NCBI GenBank assembly: GCA_028679035.1
Contig: JAJRCL010000101.1
Location: 1 to 29,768, forward strand
Length of the DNA: 29,768 nt
Direction: 5' to 3'
Origin: Methanomicrobiales archaeon
Lineage (GTDB): Archaea > Halobacteriota > Methanomicrobia > Methanomicrobiales > JACTUA01
Shown here: positions 15,964 to 29,165 of the stretch, in pieces
Numbering within the stretch: position 1 is the stretch's first letter
How the letters are laid out: every line of letters starts with the position of its first letter
Position numbers and translations under genes: made by a program
The notes under the pieces: generated by a model
Told to the model about the DNA's origin: nothing
What the model saw: only the letters and a program-made list of their open reading frames with translations
Databases searched by the model: none

Positions 15964-17778
15964 ATGAAGAAATCACGGGTTTTCGTCGACGGTGCTCTCA
16001 TAGGCCTTGTCGAAGACCCCCGCGCCCTGATCGCTAACATCCGCGGAATGCGTCGTCGTGGAGAAGTTTCCCGGGAGATCAATGTCTCGTTCAAGGAATA
16101 CAACGGGGATGTGGTTATCCATACCGACCGCGGCAGGGCGCGAAGGCCGCTGATCGTATGCGTGAACGGGAAACCCCGGCTTACCAACGACGACCTTGCC
16201 ACGCTCGATGGGAAAAAGGACGGATTTTCCGATATTGTGAAGCAGGGTTTGATCGAGTTCATCGATGCAGAAGAGGAGGAGGACCTCCTGATCGCGATTG
16301 ACGAAGACGACGTTACTCCTGACCACACACATCTCGAAATCGATCCATCGCTAATCCTGGGCATTGCTGCGGCGCATGTTCCGTTCCCCGAGCACAACGC
16401 AAGCCCGCGGGTAACCATGGGGGCAGGGATGGTAAAGCAGGCCCTTGGTTTTGGGGCTGCCAACATGAAGCTGCGTCCCGACACACGTGGGCACCTTCTC
16501 CATTACGTCCAGAAACCAATGGTGCATACCCAGACTTCAGAGGTAATCGGATCCGATGACCGTCCTGCCGGGCAGAACTTCGTGGTCGCGATCCTGAGCT
16601 ATGAAGGGTATAACATCGAAGATGCCCTCATCTTCAACAAAGCCTCCATCGACCGCGGGATCGGCCGTTCCCACTTCTTCCGTACCTATGAGGGTGAGGA
16701 ACGACGGTATCCCGGCGGTCAGGTGGATAAGATCCAGGTGCCCGATGAAGAGGTTACCGGGGCACATGGTGCAGAGTTTTACAAACACCTTGACGACGAT
16801 GGTGTGATCAACCCGGAGACGGTGGTTGTCGAGAAGGACGTGCTGATCGGCAAAACCTCACCGCCCCGGTTCCTGGAGGAGCCAACGAGCGAATTGATCG
16901 CGGTCGAAAAACGCCGGGACACATCGGTGACGATGCGATCCAACGAACACGGGATCGTCGACACCGTGATCATTACCGAAGGCGAGAACAGTTCCCGCCT
17001 GGTGAAAGTCAGGACACGGGACCTCCGGGTCCCTGAAGTCGGGGACAAGTTTGCCTCCCGGCACGGCCAGAAGGGGGTCATCGGCCTCATCGCGCCGCAG
17101 GAAAATATGCCATTCACCGAACAGGGTATCTCGCCGGATCTCGTCATTAACCCGCACGCGATCCCCAGCCGGATGACCATCGGGCATATGCTGGAGACGC
17201 TCGGCGGCAAGGTGGGAGCACTGGAAGGACGCAGAATCAACGGCACCGCCTTCTCTGGCGAAATTGAGACCGAGTTGCGTTCCTCCCTCAAGAACCTCGG
17301 CTTTTCCCATACCGGCCGGGAAGTGATGTATGATGGCATCACCGGCAAACGGTTCGACGCCGATGTATATGTCGGCGTGATCTATTACCAGAAACTCTAC
17401 CACATGGTGTCAAGCAAAATGCATGCCCGTTCCCGCGGGCCGGTCCAGGTCCTCACCCGTCAACCTACCGAAGGACGTGCACGGGAAGGTGGCCTGCGTT
17501 TCGGTGAAATGGAGCGTGATGTGATGATCGGGCACGGTGCGGCAATGGCACTCAAGGAGCGACTCCTGGACGAATCTGACAAGGTCGTCCAGTATGTCTG
17601 CGCCCACTGCGGGATGATTGCGATGCTCGACCGCAAACGCAACGTCACCCGATGCCTTGGATGCGGAGGGGAGACCGAGATCTATCCCGTAGAAATGAGC
17701 TACGCGTTCAAGCTGCTCCTGGATGAGATGAAGAGTATGGGTATTGCCCCAAGGCTGAAACTGCAGGATATGGTGTAA
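15964..17778 (+). CDS. rpoB1: RNA polymerase subunit B' (Rpo2C)
   Basis: [57 protein letters not shown] Zn site. Confidence 0.98.
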   Translation: MKKSRVFVDGALIGLVEDPRALIANIRGMRRRGEVSREINVSFKEYNGDVVIHTDRGRARRPLIVCVNGKPRLTNDDLATLDGKKDGFSDIVKQGLIEFIDAEEEEDLLIAIDEDDVTPDHTHLEIDPSLILGIAAAHVPFPEHNASPRVTMGAGMVKQALGFGAANMKLRPDTRGHLLHYVQKPMVHTQTSEVIGSDDRPAGQNFVVAILSYEGYNIEDALIFNKASIDRGIGRSHFFRTYEGEERRYPGGQVDKIQVPDEEVTGAHGAEFYKHLDDDGVINPETVVVEKDVLIGKTSPPRFLEEPTSELIAVEKRRDTSVTMRSNEHGIVDTVIITEGENSSRLVKVRTRDLRVPEVGDKFASRHGQKGVIGLIAPQENMPFTEQGISPDLVINPHAIPSRMTIGHMLETLGGKVGALEGRRINGTAFSGEIETELRSSLKNLGFSHTGREVMYDGITGKRFDADVYVGVIYYQKLYHMVSSKMHARSRGPVQVLTRQPTEGRAREGGLRFGEMERDVMIGHGAAMALKERLLDESDKVVQYVCAHCGMIAMLDRKRNVTRCLGCGGETEIYPVEMSYAFKLLLDEMKSMGIAPRLKLQDMV

Positions 17779-17781
17779 AGC

Positions 17782-21581
<3,800 letters not shown>

Positions 21582-21591
21582 GTGGATCTCA

Positions 21592-21882
21592 ATGGATTTC
21601 AATACCTCCTTACGAAGAGCAATCAAGACGGGAAAAGTCATTCTCGGCAGTAACAACACCGTAACAAGCATCAGCGGGGGAAGGGCACAGCTCGTTGTCG
21701 TCGCAAAAAATGCCCCCGTGGATCTGAAGAAGTTTTTTACGACGGAAAACGCGAACAAACTCTACACCTTTGATGGTTCCAGTGCCCAGCTGGGAATGGC
21801 ATGCGGGAAACCGTTCATGGTGAGCGCACTTGCCGTTGAAGAACCGGGAGAATCCGACATCCTGGACCTCGTGAAGGTGTGA
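21592..21882 (+). CDS. rpl30e: 50S ribosomal protein L30e
   Basis: AIKTGKVILG, LG.ACGKPF.VS.LAV.EPGESDIL; start refined to ATG 21592. Confidence 0.96.
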   Translation: MDFNTSLRRAIKTGKVILGSNNTVTSISGGRAQLVVVAKNAPVDLKKFFTTENANKLYTFDGSSAQLGMACGKPFMVSALAVEEPGESDILDLVKV

Positions 21883-21883
21883 A

Positions 21884-22315
21884 ATGGGAGAGATCGTTCT
21901 CGATGAAGAATGCATGGGACTCATCTCCCAGTTCGAACAGCTCACCGGAGCCGGAAGCCGGGACTGTATCATCGATACGCGGAACGAACGGGTTATTCTC
22001 GTCATCAACCCCGGGGATATGGGCAGGGCGATCGGGAAGAAAGGAGCCTCCATCAAGAAAGCGGCAGAAACACTGGGGCGCAAGATCGAAGTCGTCGAGT
22101 ATTCACCGGATCCGTCCCAGTTCCTCCGTAACTGTTTCCTGCCCGCGCAGATCACGTCCGTCGAATTTGAAGCGGAAGATGGTGAGACCATCGCCAAGGT
22201 TGGCGTGCGGGAGGAGGACAAGGGCCTTGCGATAGGCAAGGAAGGAAAGAATATTATCAAGGCAAAACGCCTGGCCCAGCGGCAGCACAATATCGCCGAT
22301 GTGCGGCTGGCGTAA
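21884..22315 (+). CDS. nusA: Archaeal NusA (two KH domains)
   Basis: MGRAIGKKG and KGLAIGKEG GxxG loops; last gene of the rpo operon. Confidence 0.96.
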   Translation: MGEIVLDEECMGLISQFEQLTGAGSRDCIIDTRNERVILVINPGDMGRAIGKKGASIKKAAETLGRKIEVVEYSPDPSQFLRNCFLPAQITSVEFEAEDGETIAKVGVREEDKGLAIGKEGKNIIKAKRLAQRQHNIADVRLA

Positions 22316-22317
22316 CG

Positions 22318-22325
22318 TTTTTTTT
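22318..22325 (+). terminator. Oligo-T terminator of the rpo operon
   Basis: T8 starting 3 nt after the nusA stop. Confidence 0.65.
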
Positions 22326-22401
22326 CATTGGATCGATTTTTCTCCCGGTCTCACACATTTCCGGTCTCAGAGTTCTCAGGGTAAAATCGTCGAAACAGAG
22401 G

Positions 22402-22848
22402 TCAGGGAAGATATGCCCCGAACCACCGCTTGACACACTGCTGAGCCGCTTCGTATCCACCGTCCATAAAAACGGCCCCGATGAGCGCTTCAACCGTTTC
22501 TGCAAGGACGTATGGTTCCTTTCCGGCCAGGTGTTTTTCTTCCCCTTTTCCGAGCCGCAGGTATTCGCCGATCTGCAGGGATTCACCGACCCGGGCAAGG
22601 TTTTCTTCCCGTTCGAGCTGCTTTTTCACCTGGGTCAGTTCATCCCGGGTGCGGCAGTACCCTCCCCGGATGAGGAGATCGATCAGTACCGTCTTGAGAA
22701 CGGCATCCCCGAGAGTCCGGAAAATCTCCTGGTCATCGCATGGAATCTGCTTCTGGCGCTGTTCGAGTGCATGGGCCTTGCGGGTAAAAGCCCTCTCCAG
22801 TGTCGATTTATCAAAGAACACGTATCCCAGATTTTCTTCTATGTCCAC
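22402..22848 (-). CDS. Stand-alone ribonuclease III nuclease domain (no dsRBD)
   Basis: LGY.F.D...L..AFT, QEIFRTLGDAVL, LGKGEE, LAETVEALIGAVFMDGG; GTG start with GAAGGAG RBS; upstream in-frame TGA. Confidence 0.85.
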   Translation of the reverse strand: MDIEENLGYVFFDKSTLERAFTRKAHALEQRQKQIPCDDQEIFRTLGDAVLKTVLIDLLIRGGYCRTRDELTQVKKQLEREENLARVGESLQIGEYLRLGKGEEKHLAGKEPYVLAETVEALIGAVFMDGGYEAAQQCVKRWFGAYLP

Positions 22849-22990
22849 GCAGTTCGCTCCTTCCGGAAAACTGCCGTGGATGACAGATAAACCTGTCGGG
22901 ATCTCTCATCCCCCTCTTCTCGTCCTCAGGATGTTTTTATCCTGCGGCGTTGATTAACGAGTACCAGGTGCCGGGGAAACCGAGGTCTGA

Positions 22991-24628
22991 TTGCCAATGG
23001 AACCACTGTTGCAGATCGATGCGAGTATTACCGCGTTGAAGAATGAAGGGGATGTAGGAGGCCTGATCACCATTTTCCGGGCGAACAGCATGATCGAGCG
23101 GACGCGGGCGAGAAGAGCACTCGTTGAACTGGGGAGGCCCGCCGTCCGGCCGCTCATCGCAGCCCTCAAGGACGGGGACCGGTATGTACGGATCGAGGCA
23201 GCGATCGCACTCGGTCAGCTCCGCGACAGTCGGGCGATCCGCCCTCTTATCGACGCTCTTCGGGATGAGCACGGGTACGTCCGCTGGTGGGCTGCGGATG
23301 CACTCCGTGAGATGCGTGATCCCCGTGCAATCCAGCCCCTTATTGATCTCCTCCGCGACGAAAGCAGGGAGGTGCGGTTCTGGGCGGTAGCAGCACTAAA
23401 ATCCATCGGCGAACCGGTTGTCCTGGAACTGATAGCCGCCCTTTCCAGCGGAAATGAGCGGCTCCGCGCCGAAGCGGCACATGCGCTTGGCGAACTACAG
23501 GATCCCCGTGCAGCCCCCCACCTCATGCGAGTTCTTAAGGATCCGGATTCCTCGGTCCGGGCAGCTGCCGCGTACGGTCTGCGTTCTGTCGGGCCGGCAG
23601 CGCTGAAACCGCTTATCGGGTTGCTGCGGGATGAAAGCCCGCAGGTGCGTGCTGCCGCAGTACTCGCACTTGCGGAAATCCGCGATGTGACCGCACTCGA
23701 TCCACTCATCCAGTCTCTGAAGGACACCTCGGCTGAGGTGCGTGCGGCAGCAGCAATCGGACTTGGAGAACTGAAGGTGACCCGGGCTGTCGAACCCCTT
23801 ATTGAGACACTGGGTGATGAGGACCTGTATGTCCGGGCACATACTGCCCTTTCCCTCGGTATGATCGGTGAGGACGCGGTGGACCGCCTGATCAAAGCAC
23901 TCGCCGACCCGAATGAATATCTGCGGGGGGGAGCAGCGACTGCTCTCGGAAGAATTCGGCAGAAGACTGCGATTCGTCCGCTCATGGAGGCGCTGAAAGA
24001 TACTAGCGCCTATGTACGATCGGAAGCTGCCATCGCATTGCGCTATGCGGGGCCAGTCGCGACGGACCGGCTCATTGAAACACTTGCTGACGTTGAAAGC
24101 GATGTGCGGGCGGGAGCCGCGATCGCGCTGCGTGATATCCGGGATCCCCGCGCGGTCGACGCTCTGGTCCGCGCCCTGAGAGATGAAAGCGAGGACGTCC
24201 GCGCCGAGGCGGGAAGTGCCCTGGGTGCGCTCCGCGACCCGCGATCTGCCGGACCACTGATACTTGCGCTCAAGAACGGCACCGATGATGTCCGGTGCTG
24301 GGCTGCCATGGCACTGGGAGAGATTGGGGATCGGCAAGCGGTCGATGGTCTCATGGATGCCCTTGCAGATGCCCATGAAGAGGTGCGTGACGCAGCGGCC
24401 GATGCCCTGGGGCACCTGAAGGATTCCCGGGCGCTGCGGCCTCTTATCGCCAGTCTCGGAGATGAGAGTGAATGCGTGCGGGAAGCTGCTGCCGCTGCAC
24501 TCGGGGAGCTGGGCCAGATTGAGGCCCTCCCGTCCCTGGAAAAGGCCCTCGCAGATCCTTCCGGGAGCGTCCAGTACGCGGCAATGACCGCATTTGAAGC
24601 GATCAAAATCCGGGCACAGAAACGGTAG
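22991..24628 (+). CDS. Large HEAT-repeat (PBS-lyase HEAT-like) solenoid, about 17 repeats
   Basis: 30/31-aa repeats along the whole length; the start may be ATG 22997. Confidence 0.92.
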   Translation: MPMEPLLQIDASITALKNEGDVGGLITIFRANSMIERTRARRALVELGRPAVRPLIAALKDGDRYVRIEAAIALGQLRDSRAIRPLIDALRDEHGYVRWWAADALREMRDPRAIQPLIDLLRDESREVRFWAVAALKSIGEPVVLELIAALSSGNERLRAEAAHALGELQDPRAAPHLMRVLKDPDSSVRAAAAYGLRSVGPAALKPLIGLLRDESPQVRAAAVLALAEIRDVTALDPLIQSLKDTSAEVRAAAAIGLGELKVTRAVEPLIETLGDEDLYVRAHTALSLGMIGEDAVDRLIKALADPNEYLRGGAATALGRIRQKTAIRPLMEALKDTSAYVRSEAAIALRYAGPVATDRLIETLADVESDVRAGAAIALRDIRDPRAVDALVRALRDESEDVRAEAGSALGALRDPRSAGPLILALKNGTDDVRCWAAMALGEIGDRQAVDGLMDALADAHEEVRDAAADALGHLKDSRALRPLIASLGDESECVREAAAAALGELGQIEALPSLEKALADPSGSVQYAAMTAFEAIKIRAQKR

Positions 24629-24760
24629 CCGGAGAGCGTGATGCACAAAATGGACCGGCTTCAGACCGGGGGAAAAAAGTGGTTGTCCACCGGGATCTTG
24701 GCACCGGTTGGCACGGACAGATGCGAGGAAAATGGATGTTTCCCATGAGCGTGGTGGCGA

Positions 24761-25594
24761 GTGGCTGACCTTGTTGTGATCGTAGCCTTCGGGATCACCG
24801 TTCTCCTTGAATTCCTCTTTCCGCTTGCATTCGCCGCATGGATGATAAAAAAATACCGGCTATCCTGGCGGGTGTTCGGCTTCGGGGCGTTGTTTTTTTT
24901 CCTCATCCAGATTCCCCACACCCCGCTGGTGCTCGTTATCCAGGGACCCCTGTACACGACCCTGACCGCAGTCTTTGTGGATCCTACCGTCACCCTCGCA
25001 ATATTCTCTATTGTCCTTGGGCTTCTTGCAGGAATCTTTGAAGAAACCGGCCGTTATCTGGTCTTTACCCGCTTTTTCCCGCGAAATGACATATCATATT
25101 CACGGAAGAATGGTGTTCTTTTTGGCGCAGGATGGGGCGGTATCGAGTCCATGATCATCGGCTCCCTTGTACTCCTGACAATGGTTTCCTACATTTTTGC
25201 AGTCCCTCTCACGGACGAAGCGATCCAGCAGATCAACCAGAGCATCGGTGGTACACTCACCGCAGAGCAGATCACCCAGCTCAAAGCACAGAATGAAGCA
25301 CTTTTGGGGCTTACGCCATTGGACCCCTTCATCGGGCTTGTTGAGCGCCTGATGACCTTTCCCATACACATCGCATTCTCCCTTCTTGTCCTTGCATCAG
25401 TTGTCCAGAACCGTCCTCTGCTGCTCCTGCTCGCAATCCTGTGGCATACAATCCTCGATGCTCTTGCAGTTTTCCTCGCCCAAACAGCAGGGATAATCGC
25501 CGCAGAGGGCGCTGTTGCTGCGATGCTGGTCGTTGGTCTTGTATACATATGGCTGAGCATGCGGGGTCCGGATTTTTATAAACCGGCGGCATGA
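24761..25594 (+). CDS. YhfC-family glutamic-type intramembrane protease (CPBP/PrsW clan)
   Basis: AGIFEETGRY (EExxR), GAGWGGIES, ER....HIAFS, H..LD; multi-TM. Confidence 0.85.
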   Translation: MADLVVIVAFGITVLLEFLFPLAFAAWMIKKYRLSWRVFGFGALFFFLIQIPHTPLVLVIQGPLYTTLTAVFVDPTVTLAIFSIVLGLLAGIFEETGRYLVFTRFFPRNDISYSRKNGVLFGAGWGGIESMIIGSLVLLTMVSYIFAVPLTDEAIQQINQSIGGTLTAEQITQLKAQNEALLGLTPLDPFIGLVERLMTFPIHIAFSLLVLASVVQNRPLLLLLAILWHTILDALAVFLAQTAGIIAAEGAVAAMLVVGLVYIWLSMRGPDFYKPAA

Positions 25595-26520
25595 CTATCG
25601 ATGACAATAGGAGCTACAGTATGGATGTCGTGCAGAGACTCAAGGCTTTCCTAGACCTGACGCGGGCACACTTCCTCATTGTCTGGCCCATCCTCGGCTG
25701 TTCAGGACTGTTCCTGGCATTTGAAAATTATGGCGGGTTCGATGTCCTGCTCGTCGGGAAAGTAATCGCGATTGCGGTCTTCGGTTTTGAGGCAGGGCTC
25801 GTCCTGAACGATTACATTGATCGGACCATCGACAAACGGGATGTCGAAACTGCCCTGACCCGGTACTGGCGTCCGTTCGGGTCCCGTCCGCTCGCGCAGG
25901 GGCTTATCAGCCCCCGGGCCGCACTTCTGGTCTTTCTTCTCTGCGCTGGTATCGCAATCGTCCTGATTCTCACGCTTGAGCCCCCGCATTCATGGTATAT
26001 GCTGGGCTTACTGGCATACAGTTATACCGTCGAAGCCTTTTACCAGATTAAGAAGCGCAGACAGCGGCTTCCCATCGCACAGATCGTGGGGAGGACCGAC
26101 CTTGCCCTGTTTCCGGTCGCTGGGTATCTCAGTTACGGTTTTCCGGATATGACGGCCCTGCTCTATTTCGTCTTTCTCTATCCATGGGCCATCGCTCACC
26201 TGGGTGTCAACGACCTTGCCGACGTGCGGAACGATCGTGCCCGTTCCCTGGCAACCATTCCGATACTATACGGCATGTGGGGAGGTCTTGCCTGGGTGGG
26301 ATTCTTTTCTATACTGCATCTCGTGGTTGCAACCTTCTTTTTCTGGGGGATGGGACCGGTTCCGAAAATTGCGGCTGGACTTGCCGGGCTCTGCATTCTC
26401 GGTGCAAATGGGGTCATGTTCCGGGATCGCTCTCCCGAATCCGCCCTGCGTGCCCTCCCGCTCTTTCATGTCTCCCTTCTGCTCTACGCGGCTGGAATCC
26501 TTGGTGGCTACTGGTTGTGA
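25591..26520 (+). CDS. UbiA-superfamily prenyltransferase
   Basis: NDYIDRTID...RPL..G and NDLADVRND...TIPILYG Asp-rich motifs; about 9 TM; ATGA overlap with the upstream gene (alternative start 25621). Confidence 0.88.
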   Translation: MTIDDNRSYSMDVVQRLKAFLDLTRAHFLIVWPILGCSGLFLAFENYGGFDVLLVGKVIAIAVFGFEAGLVLNDYIDRTIDKRDVETALTRYWRPFGSRPLAQGLISPRAALLVFLLCAGIAIVLILTLEPPHSWYMLGLLAYSYTVEAFYQIKKRRQRLPIAQIVGRTDLALFPVAGYLSYGFPDMTALLYFVFLYPWAIAHLGVNDLADVRNDRARSLATIPILYGMWGGLAWVGFFSILHLVVATFFFWGMGPVPKIAAGLAGLCILGANGVMFRDRSPESALRALPLFHVSLLLYAAGILGGYWL

Positions 26521-26578
26521 AAGCAGGTGATGGATCCGGAAAGATCCAGCCACCTGTGAGCCCGCATCAATGCCGTGG

Positions 26579-28003
26579 TCATACCCGGCAGGATGCGTCG
26601 TCTACCCTGCGGCAGCTCTTTCGTCCATAGATCAGGTAGATCACGAGACCAATAACCAGCCAGATAACAAACCGCAGGTGGGTGAGCGTCGGCAGGGACA
26701 AAATAAGAATGGAACAGGATCCGATGCAGAGAAGGGGAACGAGAGGGACAAAAGGACAGCGGAAAGGGCGGGCGATACCGGGCTGGGATCGCCGGAGGAC
26801 AATCACTCCCGCAGAAACGATGATAAACGCTGCAAGCGTCCCGATGTTCACCAGCTCAGCAACCGACTGGAGCGGGAGGAACCCGGCGATAAGAGCAGTG
26901 ACACCCCCGATGAGAAGCGTCACCTTCGCCGGGGTGTGGTACACCGGATGAACCGATCCAAAAAACGGGGGAAGCAAACCGTCCCGGGCCATTGCGAAAA
27001 AAATCCGTGACTGCCCGAAAAGCAGTACGAGAAGGACCGACGTGATTCCGCAGATCGCTCCCACCGAGACGAGTGCACCACCCCAGGCTATTCCGTTATA
27101 GATAAGGGCGAAAGCAACGGGAGCGGTGGTGGTTCCCAGCAGCGTGTAGGGAACCATTCCGGTCAGTACCGCAGAAACCAGGATATACAACAGTGTGCAG
27201 ACGATGAGGGAACCGACGATACCTTTGGGGAGGTTTACCTGGGGGTCCCGAACTTCTTCTGCCGCTGTTGAGACTGCGTCAAAACCGATATAGGCAAAAA
27301 ACACGATCGCGGCACCGGTCACCACACCGGTCCAGCCATATGGCATAAACGGGATCCAGTTCGCCCCTGAGATGTGGGAGAATCCAAGAAAAAGAAAGAG
27401 AACGATTACTGCCAGTTTTACGAGCACAATGACGGTATTCACTCTCGCACTCTGCTGAACACCAACGATCAGGAGGAGGCTGATCCCAAGGATGACGAGG
27501 ATCGCCGGAAGGTTGATGAACCCTCCCCCGGTACCGGGCGGGTTTGTGAACATATCGGGTAGAAGAATCCCTCCGGACTGCAGCAGACCCACCATGTAAC
27601 CAGACCATCCGATCGCAACCGCCGCTACAGAAACTGCATACTCAAGAATTAGATCCCACCCGATAATCCATGCCCAGATTTCACCCAGGGAGGCATAGCT
27701 GTAGGTGTATGCCGATCCCGCAATGGGAACCATGGATGCGAATTCTGCATAGGCAAGCGCTGCAAAGGCACATACGGCCCCGGAAATGACGAACGACAGT
27801 ATGAGGGCCGGCCCCGAATATTGTGCTGCTGCGATACCGGTGATGACAAAAATACCGGTACCGATGATCGCTCCGATACCGAGGAGCGTTAGCTCTGCCG
27901 GCCCAAGGACTCTGCGCAGGGAGGGTCCGTTCCTTGTCCCGTCCATGAGCTCTTGAATGCTCTTTTTCCGGATAATCTGCCGGAAGAGTACGGATACATC
28001 CAT
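26579..28003 (-). CDS. APC-family amino-acid permease (YfnA/ApcT-like)
   Basis: GIGAIIGTGIF (TM1), GSAYTY, GWDLILEY, FAYIGFD (TM6), SRIFFAMARDGLLP; start refined to ATG 28003. Confidence 0.93.
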   Translation of the reverse strand: MDVSVLFRQIIRKKSIQELMDGTRNGPSLRRVLGPAELTLLGIGAIIGTGIFVITGIAAAQYSGPALILSFVISGAVCAFAALAYAEFASMVPIAGSAYTYSYASLGEIWAWIIGWDLILEYAVSVAAVAIGWSGYMVGLLQSGGILLPDMFTNPPGTGGGFINLPAILVILGISLLLIVGVQQSARVNTVIVLVKLAVIVLFLFLGFSHISGANWIPFMPYGWTGVVTGAAIVFFAYIGFDAVSTAAEEVRDPQVNLPKGIVGSLIVCTLLYILVSAVLTGMVPYTLLGTTTAPVAFALIYNGIAWGGALVSVGAICGITSVLLVLLFGQSRIFFAMARDGLLPPFFGSVHPVYHTPAKVTLLIGGVTALIAGFLPLQSVAELVNIGTLAAFIIVSAGVIVLRRSQPGIARPFRCPFVPLVPLLCIGSCSILILSLPTLTHLRFVIWLVIGLVIYLIYGRKSCRRVDDASCRV

Positions 28004-28122
28004 CGCAGAAACGGATCTTTCTCTGTCGTATGATTTACACTCAGCGGAATGCATCCTGCGGGGAGAGAATAACACCGTACTACTTATCCGCAGAAACGGC
28101 GGTCATCCCACAAGGTTGGCAA

Positions 28123-28377
28123 TCAGCGGTTCGTGCCGGAGATCAGTACGTTCCGGGCGCCTTCAACCCATTTACGGACCGTCCGGTAATGTCCTTCGCA
28201 GAGAAAATTGTTACCAGAAGCATCTTCCCAGGCAATTGGTTCTGTGCACCCGATGAACATACATTTTCCCTTTCGCGGAACAATAATCCGGCGGTAATGC
28301 TGGATATCCGGAACAATCGCTCTCCCGGCATACTGCAGCATCAGGAGACGCACCTGAGCAAGAACATCGGTGGTCAT
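28123..28377 (-). CDS. Small hypothetical protein with C-x4-C-x15-C-x2-H putative Zn finger
   Basis: CMFIGC-TEPIAWEDASGNNFL-CEGH; ATG 28377 chosen because the longer ORF overlaps msrA. Confidence 0.55.
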   Translation of the reverse strand: MTTDVLAQVRLLMLQYAGRAIVPDIQHYRRIIVPRKGKCMFIGCTEPIAWEDASGNNFLCEGHYRTVRKWVEGARNVLISGTNR

Positions 28378-28466
28378 ACAATTATCACGATGAGGCAGGA
28401 TGCTCGCCTTCTTAAAAAAGGTTTCCTGCACCAGTGCCAGTGCTCTTCCTATCCTGCGGGCGTTGG

Positions 28467-29039
28467 ATGAGCATGGCCTTTTTTTGTACTGCAGGACGGG
28501 CAAAAGGTTATCTTCCACCAACGGCACAGGAAGAACAGGTGTCAGCTGTGCAGGAACACAGGAATCTGCCCCGGGCTACCTTCGCAGCCGGGTGTTTCTG
28601 GGGAGTGGAAGCTGCATTCCGCGATGTAAAAGGTGTAACCGATACCATGGTCGGGTATACCGGAGGTACAATGAAGAATCCTGCGTATGAGGATGTGTGT
28701 ACCGGAAAAACCGGTCATGCCGAAGCGGTGCAGGTCGTGTACGATCCGGATGTCGTTACCTACGAACAACTCCTGGATGTGTTCTGGGAGATCCATGATC
28801 CCACACAGAAAAACCGGCAGGGACCGGATTTCGGAACCCAGTACCGCTCTGCGATATTCTTCCATTCGCCGGAACAGGAAAAAGCAGCACGGGCATCCCG
28901 GGACCGGCTGCAACGAACCGGGAAATACACCATGACCATCGTCACGGAAATCGTTCCTGCGAAGGAGTTCTACCGGGCGGAAGAGTATCACCAGCGGTAT
29001 CTGGAGAAACACGGACGCGCCAGCTGCCATAGCCGATAG
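28467..29039 (+). CDS. msrA: Peptide methionine sulfoxide reductase A
   Basis: GCFWG, Y..VC.G.TGHAE.V, QG.D.G.QYRSAIF, AEEYHQ.YLEK; start uncertain (28467, 28473 or 28539). Confidence 0.95.
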   Translation: MSMAFFCTAGRAKGYLPPTAQEEQVSAVQEHRNLPRATFAAGCFWGVEAAFRDVKGVTDTMVGYTGGTMKNPAYEDVCTGKTGHAEAVQVVYDPDVVTYEQLLDVFWEIHDPTQKNRQGPDFGTQYRSAIFFHSPEQEKAARASRDRLQRTGKYTMTIVTEIVPAKEFYRAEEYHQRYLEKHGRASCHSR

Positions 29040-29053
29040 AACCCCAGAGGTGT

Positions 29054-29089
29054 GGAATGACAGAAGATAACACGTCATTCCCTGTTTTG
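29054..29089 (+). terminator. Hairpin plus T-rich tail after msrA
   Basis: GGAATGAC(29054-61)/GTCATTCC(29074-81) followed by CTGTTTTG. Confidence 0.4.
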
Positions 29090-29165
29090 TATCAGGAGAG
29101 GAGTGGAGTTCGTGTCTTTTTTTCATTATATACGAATATGATACACGTTCCACCAGGTGCGGAAA

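Noticed and set aside
23215-24648. Minus-strand ORFs of 383, 256 and 201 aa over the large HEAT gene
   Set aside because: Antisense shadows of a repetitive Ala/Arg-rich gene
24626-24761. Amber readthrough fusing the HEAT protein to the YhfC protease (same frame)
   Set aside because: An in-frame TGA at about 24746-24748 intervenes
28378-28527. Longer 134-aa version of the small Zn-finger ORF
   Set aside because: It would overlap the msrA 5' region and the shared promoter; the extension has no features
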